From: Nitrospinaceae bacterium
GTDB lineage: Bacteria; Nitrospinota; Nitrospinia; Nitrospinales; VA-1
Assembly (NCBI GenBank): GCA_046754465.1
Contig: JBHHVU010000008.1
Span: 17,214-81,213, forward strand
Direction of reading: 5' to 3'
Length of the DNA stretch: 64,000 bases
The notes beneath the pieces were generated by a model that saw only the letters and a list, made by a program, of their open reading frames with translations, had not been told where the DNA came from and made no database searches. Below are positions 37,696 through 47,516 of the stretch, in pieces (position 1 is the first letter of the stretch; each line of letters opens with the position of its first letter). Position numbers and translations under genes: made by a program.

Positions 37696-40131
37696 TTAAC
37701 AAGCTTCGGATGCCGGACGCTGTTCCGTCGCCGGGGCTTTTTCGTCCTCTGAGCGATCCCGTTGCGGGCGGGTCAGGAGATTCCTGGCGCCCTCATGAGA
37801 GGGGTCCAGTTTCAGGCATCGCCGGGCAAATTCTTTTTTTTGTTCGCCAGAGGACAACCGCGCCAGGCGAAACCAGGCCCCGGCGCGGATATGGCCGTAG
37901 GTGTCCGCCGAACGGGCGGCTTGCTCAAAAAGCGAGAAGGCCCTTTCGGGTTCGCCCATTCGTTCGAGCGCGGAGGCCCTGGCGTAGAGCAGCAGGGAAT
38001 TTTCCGGGTCCTGTTGTAAATAATGACCGAGGGTCTCGTGCTCCGGCCGTTGGTCCGCGTCCAGCCTGGCGAGGGCCACCGCCGCCTGCGTCTGCAGCCA
38101 TTCACGGTCTTTGCGGTTCCCGGTGTTGGCGGCTTCGGCGAATACGCGCCTCAGGCCTTCCCGGTCCTTCAATTCCGTCAACGATTCCATCAGGGATTGC
38201 CAGGCGTCGTGCCGGTTCGGAACCAGCGTCCGGAACCGTTCGAACCCCGCGGCCGCCTCCCGGTGGTTCCCGCGTTTCTGGTGGTGGAGGGCGGTCAGGT
38301 AGATCGTCTCCGTATTTTCCCCGAACCGCCGCGTCTCTTCCGCGAGTAAGTCCCCCGCCGTGTCCAGTTGCCCGAGCCTGATTTTCTGTTTGGCGAGCAT
38401 GAGGCGGACGTGCTCACAGAGAGGTTGCTCGTCGAGGGCCTTTTCAAAGGCGCGGGCGGCTTCTTCCGGCCGGTTGCCTTGATCGAGGATCTCCCCCATG
38501 TAGATGAGGCCCATCCAGTCATGCGGATTGAGCCGGACGAGTTTCCGGCATTCTTTCAGGGCGGTGGCGGGTTTTCCCCGCGCGAGGTCGGAGCGGTCGA
38601 TGCGGGGGGCGTGCCAGTCTCCCGCCGTCAACGCTTCCAGGATGCGCATCTTGTCTTTCCAGGGCAGGGAGAGGGGGTCCGTAGCGGCCGGGGCGCGTCG
38701 CGCCAGCCGATAGAGGCCAAACCGGGCGAGCACCGCTTTGACCGGTTCATATCCCAGGCCGGTCACTTCTTCCAGGAGCCCGAGGTCGAGGTCGGGAAAG
38801 GATTTTATGAGATAAACCGGTTTGTGGCGGACCAGTCCGCCGATGACGCTGTCAAAAAAGCCGGTCAGGGCCGGGGTGTCCCACGGGCCGATCGTATGAT
38901 GGAGAAAATTATCCGCGGCGGGCAGGTCCGTGTAGTGATAGAGCTGGGAAAAGGTTCCCCAGACGAAAATCCGTTCGCCGGACTCCCCGCGCCTCTTTAC
39001 CAGGCGTTTCAAAATTTTTCCCAGATGGGGAAGGTAAATATATTGGTCGAATTTTTCATAGCGCGCCAAGGTTTCGGGGTGGGCTGGCCGCAAGTAAAAA
39101 TCGCGAAGGCTGTAAAGGTTCCACAGCGTGAGTCCCAGAAAAACGGCGAAACCTCCCGCCGCGGCGGGTCCTCCCACCTGGTGCAGTCCGTCCATCGCCA
39201 GTCCGCCTCCCAGGGCCAGCAGGGCCAGCCAGGGAAGGTAATGATACCGGGAAAAACCCCGCTGGGCGAAAATCATGAACAAGGTGACCCCGGTGAAGGG
39301 AACGAACCAGATGCCATGGCCTCCCAGGAAAGAGGGGATCAAACCGGGGGCTCCGAGGACCCAGAGCGGAAGTGTTTGCAGGATCAGGTGGCGAATTTCA
39401 CGGGCCACGCTGAAGTACATGGACTTGGTGCGGGTCAACCGCAGGGTGGTGGCCATCCGAGTCCGCATTTGCGCGCGGGAGGCAGCATCCCAAAACCCCA
39501 GTTTCCATTCGATGCCGTTGGAAACGGTGAACGGCAGGCAGCAGGCCAGGATAAAAACGGCCATGGGTTGCAAACCCCATTGCAAGGCGATCACCGGGGT
39601 CAAGGCCGCGGCGTACAAGCCGGTGGTGTATTTGGGGATGGTGGCGAGGCCAAAGCACGCTCCGGCCCAGAACACGGCCTCGGGTCCCTGGGTCAAAAAA
39701 GCCAAACCCAGCAAGGTCCACGGAATGTAAAACTGCTCGTGATTGAAGGAACCCGCGGTGAGATCGGGAGAGGTCCCGTAACACGCGTGCAACAGACCCC
39801 CGCCCAAAGCCGCCCAGGGATTCTGCGTCATCGCCATCAGCGCACCGTAAATGACCAGGGAAGCGGCGACATGAAACACGGTTTGCAGGTGGCGGATTCT
39901 CCGCACCCCCCCGGCGGAGTTTCCGTACAGTTTGTCCAAAAGGAGCATCCGCCAGATGGGAATGCCGATGATCTGCAAATCCCGTTTCCATTGGAATCCC
40001 CGATCGGCGAACCGGGCCCGGTAGGTATAAATGGCGAAATCGTCGTCCAGGGGGAAATCCCGGAAAGGGAGGCGGCATGCCACGCCCGTCAAAATGATCA
40101 GGAGCGGAAAGGTGACCTGTAAGATATCCAT
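37696..40131 (-). CDS. polytopic membrane protein (GT-C-like) fused to C-terminal TPR repeats
   Basis: The first ~480 aa have many TM helices, with an acidic first-loop motif (FPLDDDFAIY). The last ~330 aa are TPR repeats. Confidence 0.55.
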   Translation of the reverse strand: MDILQVTFPLLIILTGVACRLPFRDFPLDDDFAIYTYRARFADRGFQWKRDLQIIGIPIWRMLLLDKLYGNSAGGVRRIRHLQTVFHVAASLVIYGALMAMTQNPWAALGGGLLHACYGTSPDLTAGSFNHEQFYIPWTLLGLAFLTQGPEAVFWAGACFGLATIPKYTTGLYAAALTPVIALQWGLQPMAVFILACCLPFTVSNGIEWKLGFWDAASRAQMRTRMATTLRLTRTKSMYFSVAREIRHLILQTLPLWVLGAPGLIPSFLGGHGIWFVPFTGVTLFMIFAQRGFSRYHYLPWLALLALGGGLAMDGLHQVGGPAAAGGFAVFLGLTLWNLYSLRDFYLRPAHPETLARYEKFDQYIYLPHLGKILKRLVKRRGESGERIFVWGTFSQLYHYTDLPAADNFLHHTIGPWDTPALTGFFDSVIGGLVRHKPVYLIKSFPDLDLGLLEEVTGLGYEPVKAVLARFGLYRLARRAPAATDPLSLPWKDKMRILEALTAGDWHAPRIDRSDLARGKPATALKECRKLVRLNPHDWMGLIYMGEILDQGNRPEEAARAFEKALDEQPLCEHVRLMLAKQKIRLGQLDTAGDLLAEETRRFGENTETIYLTALHHQKRGNHREAAAGFERFRTLVPNRHDAWQSLMESLTELKDREGLRRVFAEAANTGNRKDREWLQTQAAVALARLDADQRPEHETLGHYLQQDPENSLLLYARASALERMGEPERAFSLFEQAARSADTYGHIRAGAWFRLARLSSGEQKKEFARRCLKLDPSHEGARNLLTRPQRDRSEDEKAPATEQRPASEAC

Positions 40132-40346
40132 TTCTTGACGATTTCGGTGAGGGATCGGTTAGGGTTTCCGAGCCGGGGGATGCCCCGGATTCTTCCCAAA
40201 CCGCCAACCCGGCTCCAAATCCCCCTATTAAGTAAAGATCGGAATAAATAGCGAACAGCTTTAGGGAAAGGACCCCCCGGCGGGGAACGGGCCGGAAGAA
40301 GGAAAACATGGGATCCATTGAGTCATCGCGAGTTATGGCTGACTGT

Positions 40347-41306
40347 TCAGGAGGTCCCGGATTTTGGCACTTTCATGAAAAGAAGTTTCAATTTTAGGGA
40401 TACCGAGTCCTCCACCCCCCGCCATGGTCGGCCCGTCACCCGTTTGAACAGGGACCGGATGATGCCCATGCAGAAAGTCAGGCAGTAAAGGAACCGCAAA
40501 ATCACGTTCCAGCCTGGGGAATAATATTTGGAGAAAAAATAGAGATTGCTTTTGTAGGTTTCGAGGATTACCCTTTCCCTGATTTCGGGCTGATGCGTGC
40601 TTTTTCCCCGCAGATGTTTTACGGAAGTGTCCGGGAAAAAACAGATCTTTTGCCCCCGGCTCCGAGCCCGCCGGCAGAAATCGTCTTCCTCGTTGTATAA
40701 GAAATAATTTTCATCCAACAAGCCCACGGCCTTGTCGAAAAGTTTTCTCCGGATCACGAAACAGGCTCCGCCGACGACCTCCACTTCCCGGGTTTGGAGA
40801 GGTCCCATGCGCTTGAATTCATCGGCGGATGGATATTTTCCCAGAATCTTCAGGATCGCGTCGCGGGGCGTGTCTTCCCAAAGCCGCATGGAGCAGAGCC
40901 GGTCCCGGGAATCGATGATGGCCGGACTCAGGATGGAAAATTCCGGCCGGCTTCTCAGGAAGCGGATGATTTTTAAAAAGGAGTTTTCAACGAGTAGCGT
41001 ATCGGGGTTCAGTAAAACGATGAACTCCCCCCGCGAAAGGAGAATGGCCTGGTTGTTGGCGGCGGAAAACCCGCGGTTTTCGGTGTTCTCTATCAGGCGG
41101 ACTTCCGGGAAATGTTCTTTCACCGCCTCCACGCTGCCATCGGTGGAATGATTGTCCACCACGAAGATTTCGAAAGAAAGGTCCGGGGTGTGCTCATGAA
41201 CCGATCGCAGGCACTCGATCAAAATATCCCGGGTATTGAAATTGACGACGATGATGGACAGGTCCAGCGAGGGTGGGTGGGTGAATTTGCAGGGTCGGGG
41301 GGTCAA
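40347..41306 (-). CDS. GT2 family glycosyltransferase
   Basis: LSIIVVNFNT...IFVVDNHSTDGS...NRGFSAANNQ...LNPDT. TTG start. Confidence 0.85.
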   Translation of the reverse strand: MTPRPCKFTHPPSLDLSIIVVNFNTRDILIECLRSVHEHTPDLSFEIFVVDNHSTDGSVEAVKEHFPEVRLIENTENRGFSAANNQAILLSRGEFIVLLNPDTLLVENSFLKIIRFLRSRPEFSILSPAIIDSRDRLCSMRLWEDTPRDAILKILGKYPSADEFKRMGPLQTREVEVVGGACFVIRRKLFDKAVGLLDENYFLYNEEDDFCRRARSRGQKICFFPDTSVKHLRGKSTHQPEIRERVILETYKSNLYFFSKYYSPGWNVILRFLYCLTFCMGIIRSLFKRVTGRPWRGVEDSVSLKLKLLFMKVPKSGTS

Positions 41307-41470
41307 GCCGGAATCCTTTAAGATTAATTTCCCGGAGTATTTTAAATCATTTGAGGGAAAAGGGAGGATTTAATTCCACGCCATGGGCGCGGGTGGCGCG
41401 TCTTGCTTTCCAGGCGGGAATTGGAGAAAATAGGCTGAAAAGGGATTGTTCATTTTTCAAGGAGAGAAGG

Positions 41471-42593
41471 ATGCTCGACGATTATAAAAAGGAATATGAG
41501 GACCTGAGGCGGCGAATCGATCTTTTGCGGGGGTATCTTTGACGTCGATAATCATTTGAAGGAAATGGAAGGCCTCGACATCGAGGTGGCGCGTTCCGGA
41601 TTTTGGGACGACAATGAATCCGCTCAAAAGATTCTGCAAAGGCGCTCCACCCTGCAGCGCACCGTCAATGTCTGGAAAGAACTGCACCAGGAAGGCGAGG
41701 ACCTCGGGGCGATGGTCGAATTGGCCGAGGAAGAGGAGGATGAGTCCCTGTCGGCCGAAATCAAGACGTCCCTCACCCGCCTCCGCGAAAAAATATCCCA
41801 GGCCGAGTTGAAGGCGATGTTGTCCGGCGAAAAGGATTTTAACAACGCCATCATGTCCATCAACTCCGGAGCCGGGGGAACGGAATCCCAGGACTGGGCT
41901 CAGATGATCCTGCGAATGTACATGCGCTGGGCCGACCGGAACGGGTACAAATCGGAAATCCTGGACATACAGTACGGGGAGGAAGCGGGGATCAAGAGCG
42001 CCACGCTTCTCTTCACCGGGGATTACGCCTTTGGATATTTGAAGGCGGAGATCGGTGTCCACCGTCTCGTGCGGATCTCGCCCTTCGACGCCAACAAACG
42101 CCGCCACACCTCGTTCGCGTCGGTCTTTGTCTACCCGGAAATCCAGGATGAAATCGACGTGGAGATCAAGGACGATGATTTGAAGATCGATGTCTACCGC
42201 GCCTCCGGGCCTGGCGGGCAGGGTGTGAACACGACCGACTCCGCGGTGCGGCTCACCCACATCCCCACCGGCATCATCGTCCAGTGCCAGAACGAACGGT
42301 CCCAATATAAAAACAAGGCTTCGGCCATGAAGGTTCTGAAATCCCGTCTTTACGAACTGGAAATGGAAAAACAGGAAGAAGAAAAAAAGGTGATGGAGAA
42401 ACAGAAAAAGAAAATCGAGTGGGGCAGCCAGATCCGGTCCTATGTCCTGCACCCTTACCGCATGGCCAAGGACCTGCGCACGGGCGTGGAAATCGGCAAC
42501 GTGGATGCCGTGCTGGACGGTGATCTGGGACCCTTCATCGAGGCCTGCCTGCTGCAACAAAGCGGAAAACGCCTGGCTTCCTCGAAAAACTGA
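41471..42593 (+). CDS. prfB: peptide chain release factor 2, requiring a programmed +1 frameshift (join 41471..41539, 41541..42593)
   Basis: Frame 0 encodes MLDDYKKEYEDLRRRIDLLRGYL then TGA. The +1 frame continues with the SPF motif (RISPFDA) and GGQ (GPGGQGVN). The joined product is 373 aa. RBS AAGGAGA lies upstream of ATG 41471. Confidence 0.95.
41527..41543 (+). promoter_or_regulatory. RF2 autoregulatory +1 frameshift site
   Basis: GCGGGGGTATCTTTGAC contains an internal SD-like GGGGG, a 3-nt spacer, the slippery CTT and an in-frame TGA followed by C. From the GGGGG onward it matches the E. coli site as I recall it. Confidence 0.9.
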
Positions 42594-42595
42594 CC

Positions 42596-43675
42596 ATGAA
42601 ACCCATCTTTCATCCCACCTTGGTGAACGATCCTTTCGGGGACCCCGGCCTGCTGGTACAGTTTCTTTTCGAGAAGCGGGCGATTTTGTTTGATCTGGGG
42701 GAGATTTCCTCCATTCCCAACAGCACGCTTTTGAAAGTCACCCATGTTTTCGTCAGCCACACCCACATCGATCATTTTTACGGATTCGACCGTCTGCTGC
42801 GCATCGTCTTCGGCCGAGGTAAATCCATTTACCTATACGGCCCCAGCAATTTTATCGCCAATGTGGAAGGTAAATTGGCCGGGTTTACCTGGAACCTTGT
42901 CGACCGGTACAACGAGTCCATTACCATCGAGGTGGTGGAAGTGCACGAGGACCATTTGCGCCGGGCGCGGTTCCGGGCGATCGACCGGTTCCGAAAAAGC
43001 GCGGAAAGCCGGGAATCCTTCACCGGCGGCATTCTGGTTCAGGAGCCTTCGTTCACGGTGCGGACGGCCATTCTGGAGCACCGGGTTCCCTGCCTGGCTT
43101 TCACCCTGAAGGAACGGTTTCATGTGAATATCAAAAAAGATCGGCTGCAAGCCCTGAGTTATCCCGCTGGACCCTGGCTTCACCGGTTGAAGCAAAAGAT
43201 CTTCGAGGAAAAACCGGACGACTTCCCGATCCAGGTTCCCTCCCTGGATAACGGCGAACACCAGACCCGGGAAATCCCTCTTGGAAACCTCAAACGGGAC
43301 GTAGTAATGATTTCTCCCGGACAAAAAATCGGTTACGTGGTGGACACGTTATTCAACGAACGCAACAAGAAGAAGATCGTGGATCTCGTGCGGGGGGCCG
43401 ATGTCTTTTTCTGCGAATCGCCTTTTTCCGCCGACGAGACCGAGCGGGCCCGGGAACGGTGTCATCTGACTTCCCGCCAGGCGGGAATCCTGGCGAGGGA
43501 AGCCGGGGTCCGGCAATTGCGGCCCTTTCACTTCTCGCCCAGGCACACCGGTTGCGGAGCCCAGCTCTACCGGGAAGCGGAAGAAGCCTTCCGGGGAGAT
43601 CCGGCGCCGTCTTCAACACCTTCCCCTCGCGGACGGGAGGAAACCGTTCCGGAAGTGGAGGCCCATAAACCCTGA
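42596..43675 (+). CDS. MBL-fold metallo-hydrolase (RNase Z-like)
   Basis: HxHxDH motif (VSHTHIDHFYG); starts 2 nt after the prfB stop. Confidence 0.7.
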   Translation: MKPIFHPTLVNDPFGDPGLLVQFLFEKRAILFDLGEISSIPNSTLLKVTHVFVSHTHIDHFYGFDRLLRIVFGRGKSIYLYGPSNFIANVEGKLAGFTWNLVDRYNESITIEVVEVHEDHLRRARFRAIDRFRKSAESRESFTGGILVQEPSFTVRTAILEHRVPCLAFTLKERFHVNIKKDRLQALSYPAGPWLHRLKQKIFEEKPDDFPIQVPSLDNGEHQTREIPLGNLKRDVVMISPGQKIGYVVDTLFNERNKKKIVDLVRGADVFFCESPFSADETERARERCHLTSRQAGILAREAGVRQLRPFHFSPRHTGCGAQLYREAEEAFRGDPAPSSTPSPRGREETVPEVEAHKP

Positions 43676-43773
43676 TCGAGCTTGAATACCAAGGGGCGGG
43701 TTTCCAACCCGTCCGCGCGATTTCCCTTGGGGCCGGGTTTCAATCCCCCCCTCCCACAAATTCATCTCCGGGA

Positions 43774-44484
43774 ATGAGTCCTATGACCACCGGTTCCCCA
43801 GAACCCAAATCCAGTCCTTCCATCGCCTCCTGGTTGAATCTCAAGCTGCGGCAGATCTTCTTCCCCGGGTCCAGGAATTATTGGGAAGCCCGGTACGGAC
43901 TGGGCGGAAACTCCGGGGCCGGGTCCTTTGGAAAATTCGCCGAATTCAAGGCTGGGATCCTCAACGATTTTGTCCAGAAAAACCATGTCCGGTCGGTGAT
44001 CGAATTCGGCTGCGGCGACGGCCACCAGTTGTCCCATGCCCGGTATCCGGAATATATCGGCCTCGATGTTTCCCCTTCGGCTATCGGCCGCTGCACGGAA
44101 CGATTCAAGGATGATCCGGACAAAAGTTTTTTCCTGTACAGTCCCTTTGCTTTCGCGGACCGGGCCGGTTTGTTCAAGGCCGACCTGTCCCTGTCGTTGG
44201 ACGTCATTTATCATTTGGTCGAGGATGATGTCTATCAAACCTATATGGGGCATCTCTTCGGGGCCGCGGGAAAGTACGTGATCGTCTACGCGAGTGATGT
44301 CGATCAAGGGGGAGGAGTCCATGCCCGGCACGTGCGGCACCGGAATTTCACCCGATTCGTCGAGGAGCGGTTCCCCGGCTGGAACCTGGCGGAAAAGATC
44401 AAGAATCCGTATCCCGGGAAAGGGAATTTTGGCGCAGGCTCGTTCGCCGATTTCTTCATCTACCAATCCCGTAACAAACCCTAG
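43774..44484 (+). CDS. class I SAM-dependent methyltransferase
   Basis: Motif I VIEFGCGDGHQL, then IGLDVSPSAI. Confidence 0.75.
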   Translation: MSPMTTGSPEPKSSPSIASWLNLKLRQIFFPGSRNYWEARYGLGGNSGAGSFGKFAEFKAGILNDFVQKNHVRSVIEFGCGDGHQLSHARYPEYIGLDVSPSAIGRCTERFKDDPDKSFFLYSPFAFADRAGLFKADLSLSLDVIYHLVEDDVYQTYMGHLFGAAGKYVIVYASDVDQGGGVHARHVRHRNFTRFVEERFPGWNLAEKIKNPYPGKGNFGAGSFADFFIYQSRNKP

Positions 44485-44546
44485 CCTGATTTGGGCGGGA
44501 CATTTTTCCACACCCTTGAAACAATTCCCTGAACTTTGAGTGCCGG

Positions 44547-46535
44547 ATGGTTTTAATCGATTTCGGATCCCTGATGATTCTGGCCTTTCTGGCGGTGGGT
44601 GCGCTGAAGGTGATCCGGTCCGCCTGGGAAAAGCTTGCGCTCTCCTTTCTGCTGGCTCTTGGTTTGAAAAGCTTGTTCCTGTTTGGTCTGATCGTTTTTC
44701 ATGTCCGTCCCGATAAATATGTCCAGTTGGGTCTGAGCCTGGCCGCCCTGATGGGGGTGGCCGGGTGGGTGATGATTGGGCGCCGCGCCCTGGGTGCCAG
44801 GGGTTCGGGTTCCTGGGGTGGCGAGGATTCCCCGCCACCACGCGCGGTGGCCGGGGTGCTCGCGGCCCTGTTTATCTTGAGCGCTGTCAACGCGTTTTTT
44901 TTCCCCATTACCGAGGCGGACGGAATTTGGTACCACATCAAGGGAATGGTTTATTACCACGAGGCCCGGTTCGACTCGCCCGCCATCATCACCCAGTTCC
45001 GGCAGTATCCTCCGCTGGTTCCCCTGCTTTTCGCCGGTTGGATGGGCTGGGAGGGGGAGCTGGTGAAAATGATCTTCCCGTTCATTTACCTGGCGCTGGT
45101 CGTTCTGTTTTATTTCCGGGTCCGGGACCAATCGGGGAATGCCAGGAACGCGGCGGCGTTTGCCCTGGTTCTCGGAACGACGCCTTATTTCTGGTGGCAC
45201 AGCGTCTTGCCGTTTCTGGACCTGACCGCCGCATGCCTGTATTCCCTCGGGGCGCTTTACTGGTTCTCCCTCATTCGGAATTTGTTGCATGAGGATCCCA
45301 AGGCTTCCTCCAGAACGGAGATTCCCCTGTCCCTGCTGAGCGGAATATTTTTCGGATTGTCGGCGTGGACCCGGTTGGAATTTGTTCTTTACGAGGCGAT
45401 CCCCCTGCTTCTCACATTTTATGTGTTGAACCGGACTGCCCTGCTGGACCGAGCCCGGAAGAAAAAAATATTTCTCGCCCTGGCCGTGCCGGCGCTGATA
45501 TTCCCCTCCCTCTGGTTCCTGACGCTCCTTTCGTTTGAATCCCCCTGGGATCACCGCGTGGTGGCCGTGTCGGGAGCCTGCGCCGCATTGTGGCTGCTGG
45601 TGCCGGCTTTCCTGACGGGACGCATCCGTTGCGAGCGCCGGGTCCTTGTCCCGGCGGGCCTCCTTGCCGGGATTTTCTTTTTGCTGTTCATCCTGGTTCG
45701 CGGTCCCGGGTCCGTTTCGCCGGGGACTTCGCTGCTGATCGCCGGGTTCCGGACCCTCGCGGTTCACGTTTTTTATTCCTTCACCGTCCTCACCGCGGTC
45801 ATCTTGGTATTGGAAAAACGGACCCGCCTGGCCGGGGCAAGAAAACTCATGGCCCTGTTTCTTATCTTTTTCCTAGCGATTCATTTCGCGATCTTTTCTT
45901 ACGCCGATCCCAAATGGGAAAATCTGGCCACTTATTTTATGGTGACGTTTGTTTATCCCGGAAACTCGGTCAATCTTTCCGATACGAGGGGAATGCTGGC
46001 GTTCTATCCCGTTCTTTTGTTTTTCGTGGCCGGGTCGCCGGGGTGGGAAAAAGTCTGGAGGGGAAAGGGGATGCGGTTGGGTCCGGATTTCCTTTACGGG
46101 ATCGCCGCGCTGAACCTTTGCGTGCTTTTGGTGATTTTTATTTATCCAAGAGCGCGGTTCATTGCCGCCCACTGGAAAGAGACACCCAGGATGTGGAAGG
46201 AATCCCCGGGAAGCTGGGACATGCCGAACCAGTTCGCGGAGACGTATCGGGTCGCTCATCGCGTCCGGGACCTGACGCTCGGCAACGCGACGGTGTTGCT
46301 GCCGCCCGGGGACCGCTTGGAAGGGTCTTTCCGTTCCGCGGCGGTCCAAGTGCTGTATCCCCGCAGGATCGTTTTTGGCGGGGAGGAGGCATTCGGGAAA
46401 TTATTGAAGGCGGGCCGCCGGATTCCTCACCTGTATTTCGTTTATGGTCCCAAGTGGCATTCGGAAGTTTGCGGAGAGAAACCCCGCGCCCGGTTGAACG
46501 ATGCGGGCTGGGGGATGTGCCGGTTAGACGATTAA
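44547..46535 (+). CDS. large polytopic membrane protein, possible GT-C-type glycosyltransferase
   Basis: 662 aa with more than 12 hydrophobic helices, an acidic/aromatic first loop (PITEADGIWYHIKG) and a soluble C-terminal ~130 aa. The family assignment is an inference. Confidence 0.45.
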   Translation: MVLIDFGSLMILAFLAVGALKVIRSAWEKLALSFLLALGLKSLFLFGLIVFHVRPDKYVQLGLSLAALMGVAGWVMIGRRALGARGSGSWGGEDSPPPRAVAGVLAALFILSAVNAFFFPITEADGIWYHIKGMVYYHEARFDSPAIITQFRQYPPLVPLLFAGWMGWEGELVKMIFPFIYLALVVLFYFRVRDQSGNARNAAAFALVLGTTPYFWWHSVLPFLDLTAACLYSLGALYWFSLIRNLLHEDPKASSRTEIPLSLLSGIFFGLSAWTRLEFVLYEAIPLLLTFYVLNRTALLDRARKKKIFLALAVPALIFPSLWFLTLLSFESPWDHRVVAVSGACAALWLLVPAFLTGRIRCERRVLVPAGLLAGIFFLLFILVRGPGSVSPGTSLLIAGFRTLAVHVFYSFTVLTAVILVLEKRTRLAGARKLMALFLIFFLAIHFAIFSYADPKWENLATYFMVTFVYPGNSVNLSDTRGMLAFYPVLLFFVAGSPGWEKVWRGKGMRLGPDFLYGIAALNLCVLLVIFIYPRARFIAAHWKETPRMWKESPGSWDMPNQFAETYRVAHRVRDLTLGNATVLLPPGDRLEGSFRSAAVQVLYPRRIVFGGEEAFGKLLKAGRRIPHLYFVYGPKWHSEVCGEKPRARLNDAGWGMCRLDD

Positions 46536-47483
46536 GGAATCCCGGCCGCGGTTCACGGGCTCCGGAACCAGGATGTGTTTGAACATCCCCGCCAGAAGCA
46601 CCGTCCAGAGCAAAACAAACAATCGGTCGATGAGGGTGGCCAGCAAACCCTCGTTGAATCCTATGCCCACCAGTTGCGAGAAAAATGCCACCGCCAGTTC
46701 CCGCGCCCCCACGTCACTTTGAAAGATCGGCAAAACGGATACAAGAATAACGACGGTGCTGAAAAGAAAGCAGTATTCCAGGGCGACATCCAGGCCGAGC
46801 ACCTGGCAGGCAACATAGAACCGCAGGGAAGTCAGGACGATCAACACCAGGTTGTGGGCGCACAGAGTGAAAAACAGGGTCCGGTTTTCCAAAATGCGGT
46901 TCAAGGCGTTTACCGCCCGCACCAGCGCGTTTAGAATCCAATGGTCCCGGTTTTTCATGCGGAACCTTCCCCGCATGAAAAGAAGCAAAATGATGGCGGC
47001 GAAAAGGTAAACCCCCGCCAGCGGTTGCAGTCCCGCCCCTTTGGCGGCCACGAGCCAGCAGGAGACGATGCCTCCCGTCACGGATGCGGTGAATAGCAGG
47101 ATCAACTGGTCGGCTCCCAGGGAACCCACGAAGGACATATAGGGGAACTGGTGTTTTCGTTTCAGATAATTCGACGTTACGAGCGAACCCGCCTTGAAAA
47201 GGACATTGTTCAGCGTGGTGGTGATCGAGGACAGGCCGAACCATTCCTTGAATTCCAGGGACAGGTTGAAAAACCGGGTCAGGTATTTCAGCTTGGAGCC
47301 GTTGATGCCGACCGAGATCACCACCAGCACGAACAGGGATAGGAACTGAATCACGGAAATCTCCCGGACGATATAAAGCTCCTTGTGGTATTTGGCCAGG
47401 AAAAATCCGAACACCCCCAACAGAATCATGGTGATCAGGAATTTCATGAGTTTTTGGGGGTTTACGGGCATGGGTTTCAGCAC
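46524..47483 (-). CDS. flippase-like membrane protein (LPG-synthase TM / UPF0104-like)
   Basis: 319 aa with about 8 TM helices. Layout and the N-terminal basic region resemble the MprF TM-domain family, from memory. Its 3' end overlaps the convergent gene by 12 nt. Confidence 0.5.
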   Translation of the reverse strand: MLKPMPVNPQKLMKFLITMILLGVFGFFLAKYHKELYIVREISVIQFLSLFVLVVISVGINGSKLKYLTRFFNLSLEFKEWFGLSSITTTLNNVLFKAGSLVTSNYLKRKHQFPYMSFVGSLGADQLILLFTASVTGGIVSCWLVAAKGAGLQPLAGVYLFAAIILLLFMRGRFRMKNRDHWILNALVRAVNALNRILENRTLFFTLCAHNLVLIVLTSLRFYVACQVLGLDVALEYCFLFSTVVILVSVLPIFQSDVGARELAVAFFSQLVGIGFNEGLLATLIDRLFVLLWTVLLAGMFKHILVPEPVNRGRDSLIV

Positions 47484-47516
47484 GATCCGGTTTTGGAACC
47501 TGTCATTAAAAATGAG

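Noticed and set aside
43762-45767. Long minus-strand ORFs (359 aa and 404 aa), rich in Arg/Pro/Gly
   Set aside because: They are antisense to the methyltransferase (43774-44484) and the polytopic membrane protein (44547-46535). Both have biased composition, no motifs and no SD or start support.
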